Below are positions 1 through 9,883 of a DNA stretch of 64,000 nucleotides, one piece after another (positions within the stretch are counted from its first letter, which is position 1; each line of letters begins with the position of its first letter). Made by a program: the position numbers and the translations under genes. This DNA is from an uncultured Cytophagia bacterium (GTDB taxonomy: Bacteria > Zhuqueibacterota > Zhuqueibacteria > Thermofontimicrobiales > Thermofontimicrobiaceae), in contig CAZSBG010000009.1 of NCBI GenBank assembly GCA_964605145.1, forward strand, positions 28,727-92,726, given 5' to 3'. The notes under the pieces are model-generated. The model was not told the DNA's origin and made no database searches. It saw nothing but the letters and a program-made list of their open reading frames with translations.

Positions 1-527
1 TTATCAACGCAATCTACCATGATATCCGTACGGGAATCAATATTTTTTGATAATCCCAATGATAAACCATAAATCCAGTGGTCTACCAATTTTATTACTT
101 CTTGCTTCATTTCTGGAGAGGACAGGATTTGACGAAGGCGTTGAATTTTAAGGCGGTATAATTTCGTATTATGTGTTCCAACCGCCAATAAGCCAAGTCC
201 AAGCCCATATTTTTTAATGTTCATTCCAAAAATCGCTTGACCTGCAATGGCGCTGAAAAAATGGTTGCGACTTCCTTTGACCTTTCCATTTTCCACTTGG
301 ACAGAAAAAATTTCGACTTTACCTGAATGAACATACCACACACTTTCATCATCATCCAATACAAACGGTGTATTTCCACCGACAACGCTAAGGCTGCCTT
401 CTCGTTCAAATAAGTCTCTCAGAGAACGGGCTGATGATTTGCTGTGTTGTTTAAAAACCTCCTGTCCAATAAAGGAGGCCGTTTCAGTTGTATTATCTGG
501 CTTGTATCCTATTGATTTATCTGCCAT
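1..527 (-). CDS. 5' part (N-terminal ~175 aa) of an NHLP/NHLM-type bacteriocin export ABC transporter, cyclic-nucleotide-binding-like domain; the gene continues beyond the window start
   Basis: Manual reverse translation from ATG at ~527 gives MADKSIGYKPDNTTE...VWYVHSGKVEIFSVQVENGKVKGSRNHFFSAIAGQAIFG..., with no stop before position 1. The beta-roll resembles a cNMP-binding domain. Such a domain at the N-terminus of the second ABC protein is typical of NHLM bacteriocin systems. The ORF is absent from the track because it is open-ended. Confidence 0.5.
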   Translation of the reverse strand, partial: MADKSIGYKPDNTTETASFIGQEVFKQHSKSSARSLRDLFEREGSLSVVGGNTPFVLDDDESVWYVHSGKVEIFSVQVENGKVKGSRNHFFSAIAGQAIFGMNIKKYGLGLGLLAVGTHNTKLYRLKIQRLRQILSSPEMKQEVIKLVDHWIYGLSLGLSKNIDSRTDIMVDCVD

Positions 528-796
528 AATAGCTCCTTGTTCGGAAAAAATATAATGGGAATTAGGAATTTGGAAAAATCAGAAGTTTCTTTTCTAATTC
601 TGAGCTGACCTAACCTGGATAAACCAGAAATTCCAAAACACAAAAATCAAATAACAAATAAAATCCAAACTTCAAAAAGATAAATTTAAAACAATATTAT
701 TTTAATATTTCCACTGGATCTATTTTCTGCCAAAAATGGTCAGGATTTTACTTGTCAGGTACTAAAGTCTAAAAATCCCAATTCTAATTTCCAACG

Positions 797-3055
797 TTAA
801 TTTTCAATCAAATTTGAGTAAGGTCCTTCCATATCTTTCAATTCGTCATGCGTCCCTCGTTGTACTACTTTTCCTCTGCTCAACACAATAATTTCATCAC
901 AGTCTCGAATTGTACTTAATCGATGCGCGACAATAAGACAAGTACATCCACGTCTACGTAAATTGTCATCAATATTTTTTTCAGTTATGGGATCCAGCGC
1001 GCTTGTCGCTTCGTCTAAAACTAAAATTGTCGGATTATTGACCAGGGCACGGGCAATTTCTAATCTTTGCCGCTGACCACCACTAAAGTTATAACCACCT
1101 TCATCGAGAATTCCATCATACCCCCCTGGTTTCACTGTAATGTCATCATGAATACAGGCGTCTTTTGTAGCCAGCACCATATCAACCTTTGGCGCTGTAG
1201 AATCCCATAGCGTTAAGTTGTCTCTTACATTGCCTTCAAAAAGAAAAATATCCTGGTCTACCATTCCTAATGAATTATTGATAACTGTGCGTGGAATTTC
1301 ATACCTGGGTATTCCATCAAAAAGTATTTGTCCACTCCATGGTTTGTATAGACCAGCGACTAATTTGGCCACAGTGGATTTCCCACTTCCAGAACCGCCC
1401 ACAAGCGCAACTCTGGCGCCGGGTTTTATTTTTAAATTCAAATTTTCGATCAATGGCTTTTCTAATCGGCTATATCCGAAACTGACGTTTTTTAATTCTA
1501 CATCTCCAGTTAATTTAATCAACATCTCGTCCTCTTCATCAACCTCTTCATTTTCGTTCTTTATCAAATCATCTTCCTCATATTTTAAAACATCATCTAA
1601 CCGACTCATATCACCTTTTGCATCTTGAAGGGTGGCGCCTAAATTAACAAGCTTGCTCACAGGCCTGGTAAAGCTAGCCATCAAACTTTGAAAGGCTACC
1701 AGCATACCCATACTTAAATGGCCATTCATTACACGCAAACTTCCAATTGCCAGAATTGCAGCTGTATTGAGCATTGTAAGAGTAACAGGAAAAGACGTTA
1801 GAATGTGTGTATAAAGGCCCAGTTTCTGCTGGGCATTCACCATTTTTGATTGGTACCCAGACCAACGAGCAAAAAATTCAGATTCACTGCCATCCGCTTT
1901 GAGCGTTTCGATCATTTGCAGTCCATTCATTGCCACACCAAGCATTTTGCCTTGCTCTTGAAGCAGTTTTTGGTTTTCGTCAATCCTCTTTCGGGAAACG
2001 TATTTTAATGCTAATACATTTAGAACCGCAATACTTATTCCAACTAATGTAAGAACAATGTCATAGTAAAACATAAGGACTGCGTAAAAAACCAGAGTTA
2101 TTAAACTGAGTACCGTAGTTGCCATTTCGCCAGAAAGTAACTGAGCAATTCGGTCATTAATCAGTACTCGTGAAGATATTTCGCCACCATATCGTTGCGA
2201 GAAAAATTCAATGGGCAATTTGAATACGTGCCACAGGAATTTACTTGAAGAACTAAGTGTGAATTTTGTTTCCATGCGTAGCAGATAATATTGCTGCAAC
2301 CATGTCAAACCGGCTCGTAGAATTGCGGTAATTCCCATTGCCAACAGCAATGGTTTTATCCAATCTTTCATTTGTTTTACTAAAAACTCATCAACAAAAA
2401 TTTTACTGAAAATTGGAATGACTAATCCTGGAATTACAAGCATCAAGCTGATTAATACAATATAGACAATGGCGCTTCTGGATCCTTTTAGCCTTACTTT
2501 TAATGATTTAATGATACTTGCTTTTGCACCGCCTCGAATAAAATCTGGTCCAGGCTCAAATGTTAAAATAACACCGGTAAATGATTCATCGAACTCTTCT
2601 TCACTGACAGTACGTGGGCCTTTTGCTGGATCGTTGAGATAAACACAATTTTTACCAAATCCTTCCAAAACAACAAAATGGTTGAAATTCCAATGGATGA
2701 TAGCCGGCAACTGCAAATTTCTCACTTGTTCAGGTTCTTTCAGAAAACCTTTGGCAATCAATCCATATTTTCGGGCTGCTTTGATCATATTGTTTGCTTT
2801 GCTGCCGTCACGTGAGACACCACATTCAATCCGTAATTCTTCTAATGGAACATATTTCGCATGATAGGCCAGAACGATACCCAAAGCGGCTGCACCACAT
2901 TCCACTGCTTCCATTTGCAGGATGGTCGGAGTTTTTGCCCGGCGTTTGCCTAAAATGTGTTTTATTATCCTGTCAAAAATTTTATTTTTAAAAATGAGGT
3001 TTAAGTTTTTCAATTTTTGATAGGTATCAGTCAATATTATTTTTACGGAATCCAT
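797..3055 (-). CDS. Bacteriocin-processing and export ABC transporter with N-terminal peptidase C39 domain, permease and ATPase
   Basis: The N-terminus has QMEAVECGAAALGIVLAYH with the catalytic Cys, and a downstream His in HWNFNHFVVL. A six-TM permease core follows. The C-terminal ABC ATPase carries GGSGSGKST (Walker A), LSGGQRQRLEIARAL (signature) and ILVLDEATSALD (Walker B). Confidence 0.85.
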   Translation of the reverse strand: MDSVKIILTDTYQKLKNLNLIFKNKIFDRIIKHILGKRRAKTPTILQMEAVECGAAALGIVLAYHAKYVPLEELRIECGVSRDGSKANNMIKAARKYGLIAKGFLKEPEQVRNLQLPAIIHWNFNHFVVLEGFGKNCVYLNDPAKGPRTVSEEEFDESFTGVILTFEPGPDFIRGGAKASIIKSLKVRLKGSRSAIVYIVLISLMLVIPGLVIPIFSKIFVDEFLVKQMKDWIKPLLLAMGITAILRAGLTWLQQYYLLRMETKFTLSSSSKFLWHVFKLPIEFFSQRYGGEISSRVLINDRIAQLLSGEMATTVLSLITLVFYAVLMFYYDIVLTLVGISIAVLNVLALKYVSRKRIDENQKLLQEQGKMLGVAMNGLQMIETLKADGSESEFFARWSGYQSKMVNAQQKLGLYTHILTSFPVTLTMLNTAAILAIGSLRVMNGHLSMGMLVAFQSLMASFTRPVSKLVNLGATLQDAKGDMSRLDDVLKYEEDDLIKNENEEVDEEDEMLIKLTGDVELKNVSFGYSRLEKPLIENLNLKIKPGARVALVGGSGSGKSTVAKLVAGLYKPWSGQILFDGIPRYEIPRTVINNSLGMVDQDIFLFEGNVRDNLTLWDSTAPKVDMVLATKDACIHDDITVKPGGYDGILDEGGYNFSGGQRQRLEIARALVNNPTILVLDEATSALDPITEKNIDDNLRRRGCTCLIVAHRLSTIRDCDEIIVLSRGKVVQRGTHDELKDMEGPYSNLIEN

Positions 3056-3157
3056 TTTATAAATTCCTTAGCAGTTTCAATTTTATTGGTTATAATAAAT
3101 TAAGTTTTTGCCCCAAAGCCGATTAAAGCAGATTCAATTTAATCGATTAGTCATTCA

Positions 3158-4417
3158 CTAAATACCAAACTTCTCTCTGATTTTGGGAATTACTAAACTG
3201 ATTGGCTTTTGCTCTCGAACAATGATAGCGCTGGAACAGAGAGTTCCACTGTGTATTTTAATTGATGGACCACTGGAAGATGACCACTTATAACCACTTT
3301 CAGTATTCGGGTCAGTGATCAGGTCTGCATAAACTTCAAATGGCGCTCCGCTTCCTGAGAGAACAGTCACGAGTTTTTCATTCTTTAAAACACGCATCAT
3401 ACCCTGGCCGGTGGATGGAAACTCCGCTACAGAAGTTACTTTGCCCAGCATAAATCCAAATTCCTCTTGTTTAACTGTACTGGGAGAGATTTGAATTTCC
3501 ATTCCTGGTCGTACCTTCTTCCCTTCTGTTGGAGAAATATACATGACAGCTTCGATGTCTTTAATTTTATCTCCAATTAAATCCAATTTGAACAATGGTT
3601 CTCCAGTGCGAATTACTTCTCCAACATTTTTGACTACCTCCAAAATTCTTCCGTGGTATGGACTGATAATCTTGGAATTTAATTCCAACTCATTTTTCAG
3701 TATGGACAAACTCCGTTCAGCTTCATTAATTTTTAACTGACTGGCCATGACTTCCTGTTGTTTTCTGTTTTTCAGAGACAACTCAGTTACTGAAATTTCC
3801 TTTAGCTTATTTTGTAGGTTTTCTACTTCAGCCTGGGTCGCATAAAAATTCTGCTTTGTTGACAACAATGTTTGCCTGGTAATTAGGCCTTGTTTCAACA
3901 AATCTTCCTGTACACGTACTTTCTCTTCGATCCAGTTTAATTGCTTTTTTGAAGCTTCAATAGACGAGAGCAGAATATTCCGCTGTTGGGTCAAAAAATC
4001 AGATTGGAGTCTCAGGTCTTTCGTTCCAAAATCAATCAGTTCATCGTGTCGCAGTTTTAGCTCTTGCAGGCTTGTATCAGCTTGTTGGATTTTTAGCATC
4101 AGGGCCGGTTGAGCAATATTGACTATCACTTGCCCCTTTTTAACTTGTTCGCCACTCTGAACCAGAATATCTGTAATTTGACCATTGCCAAGAGAGACAA
4201 TGTCAAAGACGCCACCTGATCTAATTAACATACCGCTTCCCATTACCTTTGTTGGAATTTCTCCATATAATCCCCATATTAAAACTGTGACCAATATGCA
4301 CGCCAATGCAATAAGCGCAATCCAACCTCTTGATGTTGTAATCTGCATTAACTCGTCTAACTGCTCCGGGGAAGATAATCTTTCCAGAGAAACTTTTCGA
4401 AACACTTGTTTTTTCAT
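3158..4417 (-). CDS. HlyD-family membrane fusion / bacteriocin secretion protein
   Basis: It has a single N-terminal TM segment, a long coiled-coil and a C-terminal beta domain. It overlaps the downstream ABC transporter gene by 4 nt, so the two are probably co-transcribed. Confidence 0.8.
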   Translation of the reverse strand: MKKQVFRKVSLERLSSPEQLDELMQITTSRGWIALIALACILVTVLIWGLYGEIPTKVMGSGMLIRSGGVFDIVSLGNGQITDILVQSGEQVKKGQVIVNIAQPALMLKIQQADTSLQELKLRHDELIDFGTKDLRLQSDFLTQQRNILLSSIEASKKQLNWIEEKVRVQEDLLKQGLITRQTLLSTKQNFYATQAEVENLQNKLKEISVTELSLKNRKQQEVMASQLKINEAERSLSILKNELELNSKIISPYHGRILEVVKNVGEVIRTGEPLFKLDLIGDKIKDIEAVMYISPTEGKKVRPGMEIQISPSTVKQEEFGFMLGKVTSVAEFPSTGQGMMRVLKNEKLVTVLSGSGAPFEVYADLITDPNTESGYKWSSSSGPSIKIHSGTLCSSAIIVREQKPISLVIPKIREKFGI

Positions 4418-6015
4418 TGTGTTAAATCCTCCTTAAAAGGAATTGATAATAATTTGTTTGAATCTACCTCTATCCCATCCTGATTCATGTCAATTAAAGT
4501 CCCGGTTTCATACCTTAATTTTGCTATGGCTTCTGCATAGCTAAGCTGTGCTAAAATCTGGTTGAGCAAAGCGTTTGTCAACCGATCTTCGTAGAGAATT
4601 AAATCGATGAGTGTTGAAAGACCCTGTTGAAATTTGATTTTTTCATTTTCAACTGTTGACTGATATAGAGTAATTGCTTCCTTTGATTTATTAAGTCGCT
4701 GCATACTGCTTTTGAGGTTATTAAGAGCAATAATGACATTTGATTTGATATTCCTGGCAATTTCATCGCTTTGAATAATATTTTGTTGATATTCCGAATT
4801 TCGTTGCAATACCAGTCCATGATGAACATTTGTTGGCAATTCCCAGGTCAGTGTACCGCCAAAATTTAAGCCGGAGATATTTTGATTGAATGGCGTAAAA
4901 TAATGATTAAATGTATTTCCCTCATTAAGTCCTTTGTATCCTGAATATAAATCTAAAGATAGTTTTGGCTTTTCCAGATTTTGTGATTCAACCAGGAGCA
5001 CTTTGGATTCATTTTCCCTGTTCACTGACGCTTCCAGATCTGTTCGTTTTTTCAAAGCTGTATTTATGAAATACTCGGGATCGATATTGGCAAAGACGCT
5101 GTCATTTACTATTGCAGGAAAGTCATCTATTGGTGCGGGAAGCGCGAGGATTTCCCGATTGGGGAGCCCCATAGCCAGGCCTAAACTTTGTCTTGATTGG
5201 TAGAGATCCTGCGCAGCAGCGATTCGTATTGATATTTTATCTGCCAGGTTCGCTTGTAATTGATTGATTTCAGCCCTGGGGCGTTCCTCTGCCTCGATTA
5301 GAATTTCGGTCTCCTTGACCAATTTCTGCGCTCTCAACTCAGATTCTTTCTTTATTTCAAGAATTTTGTATGACGCCACATAGTTCCAGTAGGCAATAGT
5401 GGTAGTATAAACGTTGAATGAGGTTGAATGATTTAATTCCAACTGACTGGCTTTATATTCTATTTTTAATGCGGCTTCCCTGGCTGCCGTAACTGATTTT
5501 CCTCTTCCTCTCAACAATGGAAGCGTAGCGGTCATATTAAATTCTGCATAATTAGGCACAGTTGGATAATTAATGCTATCTTCTATCCGATTCAATGTAA
5601 TACTCGAATTAACTACAATCCCGGTTCGAAACTGTTTTTGGATGCCAATATCATAGTAAGATTGATTTTGCGTGAGATAAGATAAACCGTTTATACGTTG
5701 ATCTTGAAGTAACGGATTATTATCCCTCTCAGCGCCAAGACTTGATTGAAAACTCCACGAGAATTGCCCTTCTGCGGCTATTAACTGCCCCTGTATTTGA
5801 TTTACCTGCTCTTTGTATAGTCGAATATTGGGATGTTGCTTTATTGAGGTATGTACAGCACTTATTAGCTTCAATTGTTTAATAGTGGTAATCTGAGCAG
5901 ATGTGGTTGCATTTTGTAATAAAACTAAAAGAATTAGGAAACCAATCCTTTTTAATTTTTTATAAACCGCAATCAAGTTATTTTGATAAGCGCTCGCTAT
6001 TCTATACATTCTCAC
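4414..6015 (-). CDS. TolC-like outer membrane efflux protein (OEP family)
   Basis: The 533-aa protein has an N-terminal signal region and repeated helical/coiled-coil halves of OEP type. It sits at the head of the HlyD-ABC operon and overlaps hlyD by 4 nt. The start codon is uncertain. Confidence 0.7.
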   Translation of the reverse strand: MRMYRIASAYQNNLIAVYKKLKRIGFLILLVLLQNATTSAQITTIKQLKLISAVHTSIKQHPNIRLYKEQVNQIQGQLIAAEGQFSWSFQSSLGAERDNNPLLQDQRINGLSYLTQNQSYYDIGIQKQFRTGIVVNSSITLNRIEDSINYPTVPNYAEFNMTATLPLLRGRGKSVTAAREAALKIEYKASQLELNHSTSFNVYTTTIAYWNYVASYKILEIKKESELRAQKLVKETEILIEAEERPRAEINQLQANLADKISIRIAAAQDLYQSRQSLGLAMGLPNREILALPAPIDDFPAIVNDSVFANIDPEYFINTALKKRTDLEASVNRENESKVLLVESQNLEKPKLSLDLYSGYKGLNEGNTFNHYFTPFNQNISGLNFGGTLTWELPTNVHHGLVLQRNSEYQQNIIQSDEIARNIKSNVIIALNNLKSSMQRLNKSKEAITLYQSTVENEKIKFQQGLSTLIDLILYEDRLTNALLNQILAQLSYAEAIAKLRYETGTLIDMNQDGIEVDSNKLLSIPFKEDLTQ

Positions 6016-6913
6016 ACCTATGTTAGTTTGATTATTTATTTTCTATTACCGATTAGTTCTGTGCATTATTGGCAGAAAACAACAAACGACAAAATTTAAA
6101 TGCACCAAAGGATGCACCAGTATATGGTTAGTCCCTATTAAATTCCAAATCTCAAAACTCAATCATCAAACTTTATTTGAAAATACAATCCAGCCAGGGA
6201 CGGGTTTGTTATTTTGGATTTTCTTATGGTGATTTGTTTATTTTTTGGTTTGTGGTTTTTGTTGTTTCCAACTTATCCGGCTTAGGAATATGTATCTGTT
6301 TCCATACTGAATTGACTTGTATATCCATAGATTATATTAACAAAGAATATGCCTATAAATGTTATATTATTTAACATATTAATTATTTTATAAATAAGAG
6401 ATAAATAATTTGTGAAGGAAATATATAAATATAGAGTTGCAGCTCTATGTCGTGTTTGAAATAATTCTACATAATAAGTGTTGACGCGCTGACATTTTCA
6501 ACTTCAAAAAGTACCTGTCGATAAAATCTTATTCAAACTAAGTTAGACTGTTTTACGTAGAAATATAGATTAATAATAGAATTATAACATAAAAATAAAC
6601 AGTATATTATATTAATATTTAAATTATCTTGATACAAATCGAAATTCAATGACATTAGTTTTTAATGACTAATTTTCAGTCTTTGCTATTCTTGGTTTGT
6701 AATGATACTGGTTCAGCCAACCGCCTTTAAATAGAAAGGTAGCTCTATTAAAAATGAATTTTCAAACTGATTTTTTAATAATATTTTTGAATTGGCAATG
6801 TATGTCTATTAATGAGGATTAAGGGAGAATTTATGTTCACAGGTAGATTGAGATGATTATTGTGTAAAATTAATCAATTGTCTGGTAAAATGAGCAGGAT
6901 AATTGGGGAGCAC

Positions 6914-6959
6914 AGAAAAAAAAGCGGCTGGCCCTTCTTCGTAAAAGATCCAACCGCTG
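6914..6959 (-). terminator. Rho-independent terminator downstream of ppdK
   Basis: Read on the minus strand, the sequence is AGCGGTTGG-loop-CCAGCCGCT followed by TTTTTTTT. Confidence 0.6.
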
Positions 6960-6988
6960 TAAATATATGACCAGATAATTTTCAAACA

Positions 6989-9664
6989 TTATTTGTTTTT
7001 TAATACGGCATGCGCTGCTGCCAACCGGGCGATGGGCACGCGATATGGCGAGCAACTGACATAATTCATGCCAACGCGATGGCAAAAATCAACGGAGCGG
7101 GGATCGCCACCGTGTTCACCGCAAATTCCAATTTTAAGGTTGGGTTTAGTTTTCCGGCCTTTTTCAACCGCCATTTCAACCAATTGGCCAACACCGTTTT
7201 GGTCCAGAGTCTGGAACGGATCATCCGGTAGAATTCCTTTATCATCGTACTCTTTGAGGAATTTGCCGGCATCGTCGCGGCTGAAACCAAATGTCATTTG
7301 CGTCAGGTCGTTGGTTCCAAAAGAGAAAAACTCGGCTTCTTCTGCAACCAGATCTGCTGTCAGTGCGGCGCGGGGAATTTCGATCATGGTTCCAACCATG
7401 TAATCGATTTGCACGCCCATATTTTTCTGCACCTCCTCAGCGACTTTCACAACGACGACTTTCTGGTTTTCCAGTTCTGCCTTTGTGCCGATGAGAGGAA
7501 TCATGATTTCAGGCAGGACATTGACGCCTTCTTTTTTCAACTGGCAGGCAGCTTCGATGATGGCGCGCACCTGCATTTCGGTGATTTCCGGGTAGCTGAT
7601 GCCCAATCGACAACCGCGATGTCCGAGCATGGGATTAAATTCGTGCAGCGAATCGACCTTGGCTTTGACTTCTGCTGGAGAAACACCCATTTCTTTTGCC
7701 ATTTCAGCCTGATTTTCTTCATCGTGAGGTAGGAATTCGTGCAAGGGTGGATCCAGTGTGCGGACCGTTACCGGCAAATCATGCATGGCTTTGAAGATGC
7801 CATAAAAATCTTCGCGCTGGTATGGCAGCAATTTTTCAAGCGCTATACGGCGACCTGCTTCATCGTCGGCCAATATCATTTCGCGCACCGCTTTGATTCG
7901 ATCGCCTTCAAAGAACATGTGTTCAGTTCGGCACAATCCAATACCTTCCGCGCCAAAATTTCTGGCAACTGTTGAATCGTTCGGTGTATCCGCATTGGTG
8001 CGTACTTTGAGTTCTCGGATTTCATCGGCCCATTCCATTAATTGACCAAAGTTCCCGGAGAGTTCAGGATTGACAGTCGGGACTTTTCCTTCGATAACTT
8101 CACCTTTGGAGCCGTCCAGTGAGATCCAGTCACCTTCATTGTACATTTTACCAGCCACGGTCATTGTTTTGGTTTTATATTTTATTTCAAGCGCTCCACA
8201 GCCGGCAACGCAGCATTTGCCCATTCCTCTGGCGACCACCGCTGCATGCGAGGTCATTCCGCCACGGGCGGTTAAAATGCCTTTTGCGACGTTCATTCCG
8301 CCAATGTCTTCCGGCGAGGTTTCGATTCGAACCAGAATGACATTTTCTCCTCTGGCAGCCCATTCTTCTGCATCATCTGCGTGAAAGACAATTCGTCCTG
8401 TTGCCGCGCCTGGTGAGGCAGGCAGGGCTTTGGCAATCACTTTTTTCTCTGCATTGGGATCGAACATGGGATGCAGCAATTGATCGAGTTGGTGAGGCTC
8501 CACCCGCAACACGGCCGTTTCTTTATCGATTAATCCTTCTTCTACCATTTCAACGGCAATTCGGACAGCGGCTGCTGCGGTACGTTTGCCGGTCCTTGTC
8601 TGAAGCATCCACAATATGCCTTTTTGAATCGTGAACTCGATATCCTGCATTTCTTTGTAATGATCTTCCAGCTTAAGATAGATGGCCTCCAATTCATCAT
8701 ACGCTTTCGGCATAATTTCCTGAAGGGTCTTATGCGAGGGATCGCTCTTTGTGGAGTCGTTGATCGGCTGGGGCGTACGAATTCCGGCGACAACGTCTTC
8801 ACCCTGGGCATTGACCAGGTATTCACCGTAAAATTGTTTGTTGCCTGTTGCAGGATCCCGCGTGAATGCCACGCCTGTGGCGCAGTCATCGCCCATATTG
8901 CCAAATACCATGGATTGAACATTCACTGCCGTGCCCCAGTGGCTCGGAATTTGATTCAATTTACGATAGGTGAGTGCCCGGGGATTATTCCACGAACTGA
9001 ACACTGCTCCAATAGCGCCCCATAATTGTTCCCACGGATCGGTTGGGAATTCAGTGCTGGTTCGTCTTTTGATTTCAGCCTTGAACTGAGAGACCAGTTC
9101 TTTCAGATCATCTGCTGTCAATTCTGTATCTAACTTCACACCTTTTTTGTCTTTCATTTCGTCGATGATGATTTCAAAGGGATCTTCTTCTTCTTTGGAT
9201 TCCGGTTTCATCCCCATGACAACATCGCCATACATCTGAACGAATCGGCGGTAAGAGTCCCATCCAAATCGTTCGTTATCGGATTGCTTAATGATTCCCC
9301 GAACAGTGACATCATTCAGGCCCAAATTTAAGACTGTGTCCATCATGCCCGGCATGGACGCTGGAGCACCTGAACGCACTGAGAGGAGTAATGGATTTTC
9401 ATTATCACCAAACACAGCGCCCATTTCTTCTTCAATGTGTTTCACACCTTCTTTAACCTGAGTTTTTACGTCGTCGTTATACTGGCCTTTGTTTTCATAA
9501 TAGGCTAAACATACTTCGGTTGAAATAGTAAATCCGGCAGGTACAGGAATCCCCAGATTCGACATTTCCGCCAGGTTAGCGCCTTTTCCGCCCAACAATT
9601 CTTTCATTGTCGCTTCGCCATCGGCTTTGCCTTTTCCAAAAAGATAAACATACTTCTTACCCAT
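6989..9664 (-). CDS. ppdK: Pyruvate, phosphate dikinase
   Basis: The 890-aa protein opens with the canonical [12 protein letters not shown]...[11 protein letters not shown]-terminus. It has the central phospho-His domain [19 protein letters not shown] and a C-terminal PEP-utilising domain. The true start is probably the second Met of the tracked ORF. Confidence 0.95.
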   Translation of the reverse strand: MGKKYVYLFGKGKADGEATMKELLGGKGANLAEMSNLGIPVPAGFTISTEVCLAYYENKGQYNDDVKTQVKEGVKHIEEEMGAVFGDNENPLLLSVRSGAPASMPGMMDTVLNLGLNDVTVRGIIKQSDNERFGWDSYRRFVQMYGDVVMGMKPESKEEEDPFEIIIDEMKDKKGVKLDTELTADDLKELVSQFKAEIKRRTSTEFPTDPWEQLWGAIGAVFSSWNNPRALTYRKLNQIPSHWGTAVNVQSMVFGNMGDDCATGVAFTRDPATGNKQFYGEYLVNAQGEDVVAGIRTPQPINDSTKSDPSHKTLQEIMPKAYDELEAIYLKLEDHYKEMQDIEFTIQKGILWMLQTRTGKRTAAAAVRIAVEMVEEGLIDKETAVLRVEPHQLDQLLHPMFDPNAEKKVIAKALPASPGAATGRIVFHADDAEEWAARGENVILVRIETSPEDIGGMNVAKGILTARGGMTSHAAVVARGMGKCCVAGCGALEIKYKTKTMTVAGKMYNEGDWISLDGSKGEVIEGKVPTVNPELSGNFGQLMEWADEIRELKVRTNADTPNDSTVARNFGAEGIGLCRTEHMFFEGDRIKAVREMILADDEAGRRIALEKLLPYQREDFYGIFKAMHDLPVTVRTLDPPLHEFLPHDEENQAEMAKEMGVSPAEVKAKVDSLHEFNPMLGHRGCRLGISYPEITEMQVRAIIEAACQLKKEGVNVLPEIMIPLIGTKAELENQKVVVVKVAEEVQKNMGVQIDYMVGTMIEIPRAALTADLVAEEAEFFSFGTNDLTQMTFGFSRDDAGKFLKEYDDKGILPDDPFQTLDQNGVGQLVEMAVEKGRKTKPNLKIGICGEHGGDPRSVDFCHRVGMNYVSCSPYRVPIARLAAAHAVLKNK

Positions 9665-9883
9665 CAAAATTTCTCCCTAACTTTGTTCAAAAAAATATAT
9701 ATTTATTTAAAATGATTATATTCAATGTTTCATATTTTACTGATAAAAAGAAGAGATGCTCGGCTCGTTTTTCGAATAGATTTTTTGAGACTTGCAAGCA
9801 TCTCTCATTTCGTTGGAAAGAGAAAGGTTCCCAACTGTGTGTCAATATGAATTTGGCTATTTGTATCTAAAACTGATTATAAT

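Noticed and set aside
6177-6374. 65-aa ORF in the AT-rich intergenic region
   Set aside because: It has low-complexity Phe/Val/Ile-rich translation from AT-rich DNA, no ribosome-binding site and no GG-leader-like features. It is probably not a bacteriocin precursor.
7298-9025. Several 70-145-aa plus-strand ORFs inside ppdK
   Set aside because: They are antisense to a highly conserved, complete pyruvate phosphate dikinase gene. Their low-complexity Arg/Cys/His-rich translations mark them as frame noise.
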